This document shows, one piece after another, positions 23,187-36,400 of a stretch of DNA of 64,000 bases. This DNA comes from Phaeosaccion multiseriatum (Eukaryota > Protista > Ochrophyta, other classes). The stretch's first letter is position 1. Each line of letters starts with the position of its first letter. The position numbers and the translations under genes are program-made. The notes below the pieces were generated by a model, which saw only the letters and a list, made by a program, of their open reading frames with translations, was not told the DNA's origin and did not search any database. The stretch is taken from NCBI GenBank assembly GCA_965112735.1, contig OZ218961.1, forward strand, positions 3,038,001 to 3,102,000, read 5' to 3'.

Positions 23187-26100
23187 AGGAAGGAAGGAAG
23201 GAAGGAAGGAAGGAAGGGAGAAAGGAAGGGAGAAAGGAAGGAAGGAAGGAAGGAGGGAGGGAGGGAGGGAAGGAGGGAAGGAAGGAAGGAAGGAAGGAAG
23301 GAAGGAATGAATGAATGAAGGAAGGAAGGAAGGAAGGAAGGAAGGAAGGAAGGGAGAAAGGAAGGGAGAATGGGAGAAAGGAAGAAAGGAAGGAAGGCAG
23401 GAAGGAAGGAAGGAAGGAAGGAAGGAAGGAAGGAAAGAAAGAAGGAAGGAAGGAAGGAAGGAGGGAGGGAGGGAGGGAGGGAAGGAAGGAAGGAAGGAAG
23501 AAGGAAGGAAGGAAGGAAGGAAGGAAGGAAGGAAGGAAGGAAGGAAGGAAGGAAGGAAGGAAGGAAGGAAGGAAGGAAGGAAGGAAGGAAGGAAGGAAGG
23601 AAGGAAGGAAGGAAGGAAGGAAGGAAGGAAGGAAGGAAGGAAGGAACAGACAACAATGGCAGAATGATAATAGTAAGGAGTCGAGCAGCGTACTCGCAAA
23701 CGCCACAGACGAAAGGGAACAACGCAGTACGTAGGCTAAGGGTGTCAGTCAGTCAGCCCCCCAACCCTCCCCTCCCCGGTTCCCTTTCCCTTCTCCCTCA
23801 CCCCCCCCTGTCGCTCCTTTGGTTTCTCTCACCTTGAGTCGCGCCGCCACAAGCAGCGACAGCTTGTTGTTAGGTGTCTCCGGCGTAGGCTGCCCACTAC
23901 TGTTATCCCCTCCTCGCTGTCGTGACTCCTCCTCCTCCTCCTCCCCCTCCTCCTCCTCCTCCTCCTGCTCCTCCTCCTCCTCCTCCTCCTCCTCCTCCTC
24001 CTCCTCCTTCTCCTCCTCCTCGTCGCCGTCGTCCTCAGCGGTCGAAACAGCAGCCCCTGCGTTACCTCCTCCTCCCCCGAACTTATGTAGTCGCCCTCCA
24101 AACCGGTCCACCAAAGACTTCCTGTGTCCTCCCGACGGCCGCTCGCGCTTTCTACCACCACCACCACCACCGCCCCCTAGTCCTGCTGGAGAATGACGAC
24201 CGGTCGACTCTTCCGCGTGCACCTTTAAAGAAGGCCTCCAAGGGCGCCTTTCACTGCTTGATTCGGTCCCCGTCTTTGTTAGACCTGTCCTCTCTTCCTC
24301 CTTCCCCCCCCCCCCCCCTTCGCCTTCGCCTCCTCCTTGTTCCCCTCCTCCTGCTCTTCCTCGTTTTGCGGCTGCTTCCTTCTCGTCTGTGGTCAGGAAC
24401 AGTCGCGCAGCTTCGCTCTTCGCCACCGTGCTGATTGATCGCTTTAGCTTCTCCTCTTCCTTCTGATAGTATTCCAGATTCTTTCCGCTCCCGTCGTCGT
24501 TCTTGGACGCCTCCTTCACCGTCTGCGGTTCCATTGGGGGAAAGATTCAAGTAGCGAAAAACATGGCACCGTTTCAATGACACGTAGAGTAGCGACGATG
24601 AGGCAATGACTGTAGGCAGAAAAGGAAACCGTTGCTCTCTGTCTCTCCCTCTCTCCCTCTCTCTCTCCTTCTCTATCTCTCCCTCTGTCTCTCGCTGAAC
24701 CACACACGAAGGAGGGCGCGAATCCCCTTCCTTCGGCTCGACGCGCTCCTCCGCTCCCTTGCCCTAGGCTAACAACCACCCTCAGTGAGACGCAATGCCG
24801 CGGCGACAAAGCAACCAAAGGAACAAAAGCACCAGCCAGTCTTGCACAACCCGTGTGTGTGGCTGCGTGGTGGTCGCTTCTCGGCTGGCCCTCGTCTTGC
24901 ACCCACCACCCTTCACCATCCACCTATCCACCCACCCCTCCATATGGTACACTTGTGTACTACCTCTGCTCCCTCCCTCCCTCCCCTCCCACCCCTCCTC
25001 TGACTTACCGATAGGATGGACATGAGTACTGAGAAGCGCTCCTTGCCTAACTGCACGACCTTCGAAAAGAAGTATGGGAAGAGGGCTCCCACGTTCTCGA
25101 AGTCGTCCTTGCTGAGAGAGAAGAGGTCACTGAAGAGGACTGCCGTGACGGTGGCGGGATGCTTGGCGGCCTGGATGAGAATTGCATACTCGGCAAAGTA
25201 CTCCCCGCCCCTGTGAAGTGATAGGAGGAGGAAACCAGCCAGCAAGCAAGCAATAAGAAGAGAGAGTCAAGCAACTATGAAGAGCTAGCAGAAACAAACC
25301 CCCCGAGAAAGGTTAGGTGCAGCACTAACGGTACACTCACAATATTGTGATGCTCCTCGCGCCGTGTCCAATCTTCATGAGCAGTTCTCCATCCACGCAA
25401 AAGTACATTTCGTTGCCCACAAAGTCCTCTCGTACGACATCCTCTCCAGGACTGGCGAGGTGGGGCCGGAGTTTCACCACAAGACACGACAGGCAGTCCT
25501 CGCCAAGCTGCTGCAAGAAGGGCACCTGGAAGGGAACAAGACCATATGTCAGTAAGTACGTACATAGGTGCGTAGGTACGTAGCAAGGAGCAGAAGGTTT
25601 GAGGTCGAGCTCTCTCTTCAGCTCTTCTCTCTCTTTCCTTGTGATGAGTGCTTCTCTTTGTCGCCTATATTGTGCAGGCATCGCTGCCCACAGCACTCAC
25701 CTTTCCGATTGTGTCCTTGTGTATGTGTAGGGCAATCTCCGTTCGCAGAGTAGAGGGGAGTTCTGCCAGAATAGAAGCCTCGTCGTGCACCTGTCAAGTA
25801 TGTACATATACATTATACATAATATATATATAAATGTATATATATATATATACACCCATATGCATTTTAAGTACAGTGAGTTCATTGCACGTGCATCCCA
25901 AGCAAGTCGCCTGAGAAAAGAGAGATGAACCGCTTACCGCACTTTCCCTCCCTCCCTTCCTCCTCCCTCCCCACTTACTTTTTGGAGCTTCCTCCTCCCT
26001 CCCCACTTACCTTTTGGAGCTTCCACGAGTACTCGTAATGCACCCTGAGCTTCTGCCGGATGTCGTCCGGCAGTTTCCGATATGACATGTACGCCCCCAC

Positions 26101-27009
26101 GGAACTAATCTTGTCGCGAATGAGCACGGCTGTACTATCATCCATACTGAGGCTGGTCATCTGTCCAATGGTGTAACCGAAGCTGATGGTACCAAGACAC
26201 ATGACCAAGATTGTGACCCACACCTCCGCATTGGTCAGGGCTGTGATGTCACCGTAGCCCACCGTTGTGAGCTGGAGGGGGGGAGGAAGGGGAGGGAGGG
26301 AGGGAGGGAGGGGAGGAGGAAGGGAGGGAGGGAGGGAGGGAGGGGGGGAGGAAGGGGAGGGAGGGAGGGAGGGAGGGAGGGAGGGAGGGAGGGAGGGAGG
26401 GAGGGAGGGAGGGAGGGAGGGAGGGAGGGAGGGAGGGAGGGAGGGAGGGAGGGAGGGAGGGACGGAGGGACGGAGGGACGGAGGGACGGAGGGAGGGAAG
26501 GAGGGAGGGAGGGCGGGAGGGAGGGAGGGAGGGAGGGAGGGATGGAGGGATGGATGGATGGAGGGAGGGGGGGGAAGGGAGGGGGGAAGGGAGGGAGGGG
26601 GAGGAAGGGAGGGAGGTAAGGGGGGGGAGGAGGGACGGAGTAGCGTGTGAGTAGTGAGGGTATGTGGTGAACCTCTCCCTTCCCTCTGCACTTTGAATGT
26701 GTGGCTCTCACCGTGGTGATTGCCCAGTAGAGGCTGAGCAAGTAGAGTCTCCCCTCATTGCTGTCCTCCTCGTGGAACCTCACCACCCAACTGCTGCTGT
26801 CGTACTCCCCGTCCTCAGTAATGGAGGCAGTTCGCATCCACATGCACGCACTACAATGCGCCATGAGAAAGACCATGAACAAAATGGATAAGCCCAAGAT
26901 CAGGGTGGTACCCGTGTGATGTGCCTCCCACTGAGAGTGGCTCGAGAGGTACTGGGGTCACGCATACACACGCACAGACACACACATACATCCACATCCA
27001 CATACACAT

Positions 27010-27061
<52 letters not shown>

Positions 27062-28121
27062 AGAATAGCGTGTGAGTGACAAGAGAGGGACAGAAAGAAA
27101 GAGAGAGGAAGGAGTGAGTGAGATGGAGGACAGAACGGTGGGGGGCGGAATGGTGAGAGGTGGGTGAAGCGAAGAATACAACGCACGAGCGAACCCTCTC
27201 CCCAGAGACTTGTCCCTCAAAGAGTCACCTCTCCCTCTCCCCCTCCCACTTTACCTTGTAGAGGGCGTAAAACCTCACAAGGCGCACAAACTTGAGCACC
27301 CGAAGCATTCGACAGGGCCGTATGAAGCCATGAATATTGGGAAAGCCTACGGCCTTGAGCAGCCAGATAAAATGGAGCCATGGGAAGGCAGCGGCCATCT
27401 CCGGTAGCATCATGCCGCGGGCGTAGATGTCGAAGATTTTCCTGTCGTTCAGCAGCAGAGCATAAAAGAAGGAAGACAGAGACCAGGAGTGGCACTTAGT
27501 GCACTAGCCGGAGGGCAAAGGAGAAGAGAGATGGTGGGAGTGACTTCTTCTCTCAGCTCCGCTCGTGGCTGAGTGTATGAGAATCTGCGGCATCTGCTCT
27601 TGTACTCAAACGCACTTTTTGTCAATGATAAACTCATGGGTCTCCAGCACACCCGTCGAGAGCTTGATCCCGACATCCGCCAGGAGCAGCAGATCAAAGA
27701 CGAGATACGTCCATTCGTTCCAAGAGTCAAGCCCGTCGTTCCGCATAAAGCCGGCGCTGTAGGGAACCTAAAGAGGCCGGGAAGGGGAAAGCAAGCAAGA
27801 GTTAGATGGCCCACACGATTGACGCGCAATATGTTATATCGAGAGGGAAAATCGGAATGTCGTTGTCGTTTCCTGCGAGGCAGTCTGCGGCAAAGCTCCC
27901 AAACTTACCATCACGCCGTGGAAGACACATATCGCGAACACTATAACATGCCAAACTATCATCAGGGGCTCGAGCGGGTGGAGGAGACGCCTGCCGAACC
28001 ATCCCTCGCTCGACTGGACCTTCTCTCTCCCATCCATGATGGATTCCTTGATATTGATGTGCATCAATTCGACCTGCTGCCTCAGCTCCTGCTTCTCTTC
28101 GGCCTTCGATAGAAGACGCAT
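22561..28121 (-). CDS. Voltage-gated K+ channel with cyclic-nucleotide-binding domain (EAG/KCNH/HCN-like superfamily), multi-exon
   Basis: S4 segment RMLRVLKFVRLVR, S5 AHCSACMW, pore SLYWAITT|LTTVGYGD, C-linker YMSYRKLPDDIRQKLRVHYEY, and CNBD PGEDVVREDFVGNEMYF...GEYFAE...ATVTAVLFSDLFSLSKDDF. The start may lie further upstream. Confidence 0.88.
23050..23646. repeat. (GAAG)n/(GAAA)n microsatellite in the last intron of the channel gene
   Basis: Direct inspection. Confidence 0.95.
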
Positions 28122-28350
28122 GGTGCTCTGCACCGAGGCTCCTACTTTTCCAGGCCCCTACTTTCATTCAGCTCCAACCATTAGGTCCAAAGGGCATGTC
28201 CATACTACTACTTAGAGGCTCTTACGCGAGGAGGGACTGTCTCAACACAAAGGCGACAAAAAAGGACGTTTCGGAATCCGATGGCGGGCGGTGACAAAAA
28301 AAAAGAAAAAAAACCGAAAAACACACCTCTTTTTGTAAATAAGTGCTGCT

Positions 28351-30236
28351 CTAATTGCTATTGCTCTCTTCGCTGCTGCTGCTTTTCGCGGCTTCTTCCT
28401 CCTCTTCATCTCCATCACCCGCCTCCTCCTTTTCATCTGCGGCCTTCTTGCTGGTGGGCTTCAAGTTCTTGAGCAGCTTCTCCCGCAGGGCCTTCTCCCT
28501 CTTGTATCCCCTCTCGGCATCGTCCTCATCCTTGCTACCCCCCCCACCCCCACCCCGCTCTCCCCGCCGCCCCCTCCTTCCCGAGCCAACATCATCCTCA
28601 TCCTCACCATCATCACCACGCCTCTGGGCATGGTCGGCTCCTCTCCCTCCCCCGTCTCTCCCGCCTCTCGGTCTTCTATCCTCCGTGCTCTCGCTCCGTC
28701 GTCTCCGTCGGTGGCTGTCGAAGCCACTCCTTCTCCTGTCCCTGCTGTCATGCCTGTCGTGTCTGTCATGCCTTTCACTCCGGTGGTGGTGACGATGATC
28801 ACGACGATCATCATGACGATAACCGTGACGATCATTGTGACGATAATGGCGGTCCCGATCCCTCTCGCTCCTCCTTCTTCTCCGGTCGAAGCTCCTGCTC
28901 CTGCTTCGGCTGCGGCTCCGGCTCCGACTTGGCCCGTGGCCTCTCCTTCTCCCCCTCCTTCTCCTCCCTTCCCCTCGGTCCCCGCTTCCACTTCTGCTTC
29001 GGCTGTCACTCCGACTCCTTCGACGCCTCCGCCTGCTGGGACCTGCTTCATCCTCCGAACCTTCTCCACTTCCCCGATCACCTACTCTTCCACGGCTTCT
29101 CGCCTCTTCTCCCCCGGCAGCATCGCGTGCAGCTTTCGCAGCGAGCGCCGCGGCTGCCGCAGCTTGTGCCCTTGCCCTCGCATCGGCAATGAAGGCACTG
29201 GCGCTATCTATTGTGGCCGATTGGGTTTTCTTGGACGCCTCCTCTCCCCCCTCCCCTCCCTCCTCACCTTCCCTCTTTTTGTCCTCTTGTTGCTGCTGCT
29301 GCTCCTGCTGTTGTATCACCAACTGCTGCTGCTGCAGCCGTGCCTTCATCTCTTGCTCAACGCGTGCCTGTTCGCGCTGCATTGCCTCCTCGCGCTCCCT
29401 GCGCAGCTGCAGCTGGTGCTCCTCCAACATCTTCAGCCGGACTTGCATAGCAGCAGCATCGCTGTCCATCTTGGCCTTCTGCTGGGCCGCCAGCTGGGCC
29501 TTCTTCCTGCAATTGGGGAGTTAGTTCGTGAGTTCGCGAGTGAGTTAATGAGTGAGTGAGTGAGTGAGTGAGTGAGTGAGAGAGAGGGTGAGAGTGAGCG
29601 GGTGAGTGAGCAGGTTGATACAACTCGACAACATTGAACAATGCTCGTCCCATCGACATATTCTCCTCATTCACTCACCTCTCCAGGAATACAGAGGGTA
29701 TCCCCGCCGGGCTGGCTGCTGCGTCCAAAACTAGAGTCCACAGCTCCTCCATAAATCCCTTGGTGTCTTTCGCCAGAAACGGAGTGAGTATCAGCTGTAG
29801 ACGCTTAGGATCCACCTTTCCTCCTTTCTCTGCCTGGAAATCATTGTAGGGCAGGAGAGAGGAGGGGACATTCGGCAAGGGCTTACGGTTCTGCCAGGAG
29901 AAGCAAGGGCGCTAAACCCTACCTGCGGCTGTCTTGGAAGACTTCGGCGGGTACAGACCCAAGCCTCTCCCTCCCCCCCCCCCCGCCCCACTCCTCGCTC
30001 ACCTCTGCCTGCAGAAAGTTGACAATGGTGCCCACCACAATGTCGTCCTCCATCCCAAGCACCTCCGTCACCCTCTCGCTAATCCACTTGCCCATAATGT
30101 CCATATTCACGCTCCGGATGTCGCACTTGGTTTCCAAAACGCGTGCAAACTTGAGAGTCTTCATCAGCTTCTTGTCACTGTCCCCAAAGCGGGAGTCCTG
30201 GCCCACAGTCGTGCCCCGAAAGAAGTTGCCGGCCAT
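28351..30236 (-). CDS. PWI-domain splicing factor with RS-rich C-terminus (SRRM1/SRm160-like), 3 exons
   Basis: FFRGTTVGQDSRF...KWISERVTEVLGMEDDIVV...DPKRLQLILTPFL...FMEELWTLVLDA...GIP, then RS/RD repeats. Exons ~30236-30003, 29834-29679, 29508-28351. Confidence 0.88.
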
Positions 30237-30276
30237 GGTTGTTGTCCAAGTGCCGGAAGGTTGTTGCTGCTGCTGC

Positions 30277-30320
<44 letters not shown>

Positions 30321-30493
30321 ACGCGGCCCTCCCAGCCTGGAGCTGCTGCTACTTCTGCTGCTTCCGTTGCTGACGCGACCTTCGAGCAGCAGGACAAGAA
30401 CACCACCCCGTTGAGAGAGAGAGGGAAAGCGGGCCCCCTGGGGTTGTTGACTTCAGAAGTTCAGGCAGCGGGGAAAGAATCCCCAGAGCCAAG

Positions 30494-33400
30494 ATGGAGT
30501 TCCTCCACCAAACGGAGGACGAGCTGCGAGCGCTCTCGGTGGAGGCCGGAAAGAAGCATCCCGCCGTCAAGGAAGCCGCCGAGAGGGCGGTGCTGCGACT
30601 GCGGAACCTCAGGGAGCAGTACGCAGCGGCCCTGCGCAAGTCTGTGGGCGATAATCCCAACCTCGCCATGTTCCAGAGCCAAGACTTGCTGCGGCCATTC
30701 TTGCTGGCTTGCTGCTACGGCGACGTTGCGCCGAAGCTGATACTCATGGCGCTCGGAAGTATGCAGCTCCTCATCAACAGGTGGGTGATGGACTGTTACA
30801 TATCGTGTCCTTCTTCTTCTTCCTCGAAGATGATGGCAGGGCGGCTCTGTTTGTGTTACCTTCCTTCCTCTCGTGTTGTGCCAGAGCCAACGTCGTCAGT
30901 CAGCAGCCGTATTTTGCTGTACGGAAGTCAGGAGGACGTCCTCCTTGCGCTAATCGCCCTTGCCTGACCTCGCCCTCCGCCCTCAACGCAGAGATGCTTG
31001 CTTGCCGGACGATGCACCGAACATCATGCAGTCGCTGGACAAGCAGAGCTACAGTCAAGACACTCGTGTGCAGCGGATGGTGCTGCAGACCATGGTGGTG
31101 GTAGTCAACTGGCGCAGTTGTCGAATGACGGAGCAAACAATGAGCAAGGTATGTGTGCGCCTACTCGCAGAGGGGGGGGGGGGGTGAGAGGGGAGCAGGG
31201 ACGCGAAGGCCACAGCATCTTCTGTGCCCCTTCAAAGGTCTCCCCTCTGTCCGTCTGTCTCACTTGCTCCTGCTCGCTGCTCTATTTTGGGGTGACACAC
31301 AGGCCATTCCGGTGAGCATGGCGCTCTGGAATAGCGCCAAAGACAGCGGCACGAGGGACGGCCTCATTGTAAAAGACGCTGCATACTCAACGGTAAAGCA
31401 AGTGGTGTCGACCCTTTTTGAGCGAGCGGCGGATGAGTACTTTACGCAGCCGTCCGAACAAGCCGCACCGGTAGCTGAAGCAGGAGAAGGAGGAGGAGGA
31501 GGAGGAGGAGGAGCTGCGGAGGAAGGCAGTGACCAGGCTCGGCTCCAGCAGAGTGCGGAGCTCGGTAGGCTGGAGGCAGAGGGAGCAGCAGAGGTTGGGC
31601 TGGGGGAGGCGGGCAGGGGGGCGAGTCAAGTGTTTCGAGACCTGTGCATGCTTGGAAAGGGGGCGCAGGGCGCTTGGCTCAAGGGGACAAAGATGCCAAA
31701 GGCATTCACTCTTGAGGTGAGTGAGAGTGACGGGGGTGCGGGAAGCAAGTCGGCAGTTTGGGGTTGCGCTTCATACCCATACCCCAAGTGTATCAGTCAA
31801 GTGGACTGGTACTGGCTCTGGCTCTGGCTCTTTAGATGTCGTCTGTTCTTGTATTGATTGCTTTGTCACAGCCGCCCCGACCGCCGGCACGCCTCACCCC
31901 TTCTCCTATTTTTCCTCCTATTGTCCTTGCGCACCGCTGTCCGACAGCTCCTGGAGCAGGCAATTTCGCAGCAGCCGAGGTTGTTTCGAGAAGCAAACCA
32001 ATTCAAAGCCCTCGTGGCTCTCGAGCTATGCCCCCTCTTGCTGCAAACACTCAAGGCATGGGTGGACTTTCCTCTTCTCGTCAGACTCATGCGTCTCATT
32101 GGCACGCTTCTAACAACCCTCGGGCAAGACGTGTCTCCACAGACGGAGGTGCTGCTCTTTATGCTGCTACAGTATCTGAGCGGGGGCGCGGGTCGGACGA
32201 GACCTCCCAGCAACAACAGAGAGGAGGAAGAGGGTGGAGAAGGAGGGAACGGTCAGGGAAGCAGGGGTACCATCAATTTGGGCGTGTCGAACAGTGAGGA
32301 CAGTTCGAGCCCTTGGCCAGCGATGCTTATGCTGGAGACCCTGCATAGGCTGCTGGTGGACAGGGTACTGCTACTGCGCTACCTGGAGGCGTTTGATATG
32401 AAGGATGAATGCACACCCGTCGTCGCCAACTCCATCAAGGTAAGGCAACAGCAAAGCAATGGATCGTGAATGTGGTATTAGCATAGGCAGAGAGCAGGCT
32501 GAGTGAGGGAGGAGGAGGAGGAGGAGGAGGAGGAGGAGGAAGAGGAGGAGGAGGAGGAGGCGGAGGAGGAGGAGGAGGAGGAGGGGGAGGAGGAGGAGGA
32601 GGAGGAGGAGGAGGAGGACGCTGCAGGGAAGCAGTCGCCACTCAAAAGTGCTCCGTGGATTGTCTTTGTCTTTCTCCCATCACCATCTTGGGCTGGGGCT
32701 GTGAAGGGAACAACCTCCAACTCCACTACTCCTCTCTCCTTTCTTACCATAATACCCCAGATGCTGATCCAATACGTTGTGGAAGGGTGCCGCTCTCCCG
32801 CCGCCTCCGCTCAGCTGCGATTGGCAGCGCACTCTACCGATGCCTTCGGCTCCCCTGCACAGCCAAACCCTCTCCTATCCCCCTCCAAGAAGCAGCAAAA
32901 GCGACAGCAGCAGCAGCAACAAAAACAACAACAACAACTGCAGCAGCAGCAGCAGCAGCAGCAAGACCATCAGCAAGACCAACACCGTGCGGATAGATCA
33001 GGGATGGCAGCAGATGTGATGGACGTGAATGCCTTCGCCGGTCGGCATCCCTCCGAGCTTTTACACGTAGCGGACGAGCCTCCCCTGAACGAAGGGCAAG
33101 TCCTGTTTGCTGCTGCGCAGTGCCTCATTGACGTGGTGGAGTCGATGGCTAAGCTGACCCACTCAGAGTTTTACCCGACGGAGGGTGGAGAGAGAGGAAG
33201 GGAAGGGACGACGACGGTGCCGTCTTGTATGGTCTTTAACGGGGGGGAGTCTACACAGCAGCAGCAGCAGCAGCAGCAGCAGGAGCAGCAGGAGGAGGGG
33301 AGGAAGGCGCTCTTGCGGACAGTGTTCCAGTCAACGTACGCAGGTATGCTTGAGGCCATGGAGGCTCTGCTGGGGCTCATTCGCGACCCTCTCATCGTGC

Positions 33401-36400
33401 ACAAAGGTAGCGCTACACTGGAGATGGGGTGTGTGTCGTGTGCCTTGCTAGGGCTGGAGGATGCCCGAGACAGTTTCATCACCTCTCTGTGTCAGCTTTC
33501 CTTTCCATTGGCACCGCGCACCAGCACCAGCGGCGGCGAAAGGGACGCCAGTAGAGGTGGTGGAGGAGGGGAAGGGGCAGCAGGTGGTGGAGGTGGAGGG
33601 GGAGGGGGAGGGGGGGGTATTGAGGCTCGTGGGAGTGAAGGTGCGAGGTGGAGGTGGAAGCAATTGTGTATGTTGAAGGCCCTCTTTCGGTGTGTACATA
33701 GTTTGGCCAACGTGCTGGGCGACACGGCTTGGCACCGGGCCTTGCGCACTTTTGATCAGATGGAGACGCGCACTCGGCGCTGGCGATACTTACCCAACAC
33801 GGACCTGAGGGGCAGTGTTGAGGCCGTGGGAAGTGGGGCCGGGGCGGGGCTTTTGCCGGCAGGCTTGGATGCTGTTGGAGCGTGGAAAGAGGATGAGAGG
33901 GAGGAGCAAACAGCTTTACGAGAGGTACGTGTGGATGTAGGGGTGCATGTATACATTTGCATGTACTTCATATGTGTGTACGTCATATGTGAGTGTGTAG
34001 AGGTGTGGGCTGTACAATCGATCGTACGTATAGAAAGTTCCCTTTTTGATATGCACGTGGGAGTGGGGGGGGGGAGGACGATGAAACATCGCTACATACC
34101 CTTTTCTTCCTTCCTTCCTTTCTTTCTTTCTGTCGTTCTTTCTAACAATGTTGTATGTCCTGGACTTTACTTTTATATCTATCCTTCTAACAAAGGTGTA
34201 CATACCCCTCACATCCCTTGTCACGAACCGCTCCTACCTTGCTACCAGGCTGTCCCCTTGCTGGGCAAGGTGATGGCTCGTTTCACTCACTTCACCACCT
34301 GTCTGGAGGATGGAGCGCTGGTGACCATGGTGGCAGCTCTTGCGTCTTTAGCTACCGAATCGCTTGCCGCCGACTCCACTGTCCTTCCACAGGAACGGGC
34401 AGCTGCGGTGGCGGTTCAGCAGCAGCAGAGTGCCCAAGCGAAGGCCTCGTCCGCTGCAGCGTCCTCGTCAGGTACGTTACGTTGCCCTCACTCGCCAGCC
34501 TCTCTGTTTGTGCTAAGTGAAAAAGTGTGCGTCGTCTCCTTGCCTCTCTGCCGTCACCCGACACCCTCAACTGACGCGTGCGAGGGTGCGTTGGGGGGGG
34601 GGGGAGACGAAAAGCACGTATGTCCATATATATGCATGCAGGGGGAGGGAATCACTTTTTAGCGTTTCAGCTCTCCGTCGATGGTCATTCGTTTTGCTTC
34701 TTGCACTCAGTCCGGATGCTCTCAGTCTCAACACTCTCCGCTCTTACTTACCGAATCTCTTCAGTTGTCCTGACACCCCTCACTCTCAGTCCTGACACCC
34801 CCCACTTTCCTTATCGAATATCTTGAGTTGTCCTGACACCCCTCACTCTCAGTCCTGACACCCCCCACTTTCCTTATCGAATCTCTTCAGTTGTCCTGTC
34901 ACCCCCCACTTTCCTTGCCAAATCTCTTCAGTGGTGCTGGCACCCCTCACTCTCAGTCCTGACACCCCCCACTTTCCTTGCCAAATCTCTTCCAGTGTCT
35001 TCGCTGGCGTCGGTGGTAGGGGCTGCTGCTCGCTTGGGAGGAGCCGTACATGGCCGCTTAGGACTCGGTGGCGCCACTAGTGCCAGCAGCTCCACATCAT
35101 CAGTAGGAGGAGGGGGAGGAGGAGGGGGGGGGGCAGGGGCCGGGGCAGGAGGAGGGGGGAAGAGGTGGAGGATCTACCGTGGAGGTAACGTCTCCCCTCA
35201 TACCCACTTTGACCGGAGCTAACAAGGACAGCTTTCCTATTCGGCTGGTGGTGGCGATTGCCCTGGAGAATGCATCCCGCCTTGACGTGGTGTGGGATTT
35301 GGTGACGGGGCACTTGCGGGTGCTGGCCAAGAGTAGGGACTACGAATTGAGGGAGTATGCTGTCAAGGCGTGGCGTGACCTTATGGTGGCTGGCCTTGAT
35401 GACGAGGAGAGAGGAGGAGGAGATGGTGGTGGTGGTGGTGGTGGTAGTGGCGGCGGGGAGGAGGAGGACGAGAAGGACGGTGAAGGAAATGCGACGGTGG
35501 CGACTAGGAAGGGCATGCGGCACGTCTTTCGGGTGGAACAAGGAGCAAGGATGGGGCACCTAAGGCGGGAAGGTGCGATGGCGTCCACGGGACAGCAGCA
35601 GCGACACCTCGTGAGCTCTGTGGGGTTGTTTACCATAACCCCCTTTGTGGACACGAGGGAGTGCACCCTCCAAGCGCTGCACTCGATACTTCAGTCGCAG
35701 GGACAAGTGTTGGACGCTGCGTGGACGGTCATTCTCAAGGTGATTCACTCGGTTGCTGTGTCCGCGGGGGGGCAGAATGGGAGCAATGGAGGAACAGCAG
35801 CAGCAGGAGCAGCAGCAGCAGCAGCAGGAGGCGGAGGAGGAGGAGAAGGAGTAACGCCGAACAGTGGGGCGCCACCTCTGGTAGTCGAGGAGCTGGGAGA
35901 GGGAGGTGGGGAGCAGGAGGAGGCCGAGGAAGCAGCAAGGGTACAAGTGGAAGCGGCAGTAGCGGAGGAGGAGTTCTCGCAACATACACGAAACCTGCAA
36001 TGGGGTGGGCAGTGCCTATCGCTGGCATTCAACTGCCTCAAACTCACTGTGGATGAGTTTCTCGACCGTGTCCCGCTCGGCTGCATGGCGCAACTGGTCG
36101 AGTGCCTGGGAGCATTTGGGAGTCAAGAGGAGAATCTGAACTTGAGTCTGACGGCCATTGGTATGCTGTGGACGGTGAGCGACGCTTCGCGCTGGGGAGG
36201 CGATCGGGGGGGGAGAACGACGACGGGAGAGACAACGACGAGAGAGACCACCAGCAGCAGCACCACCACCACCACCACCACTCCTCCGATGAGTGGAGCG
36301 GAGGCGGAGATGGGCATGTGGGCGCCCATGCTTCGGGAACTGCGAAAACTTGGATTGTCCTCGATCCCAGATGTGCGCAACTGTGCCATCAATACGCTCT

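Noticed and set aside
22986-23837. PSFL/EGRK repeat ORFs
   Set aside because: Intronic (GAAG)n microsatellite.
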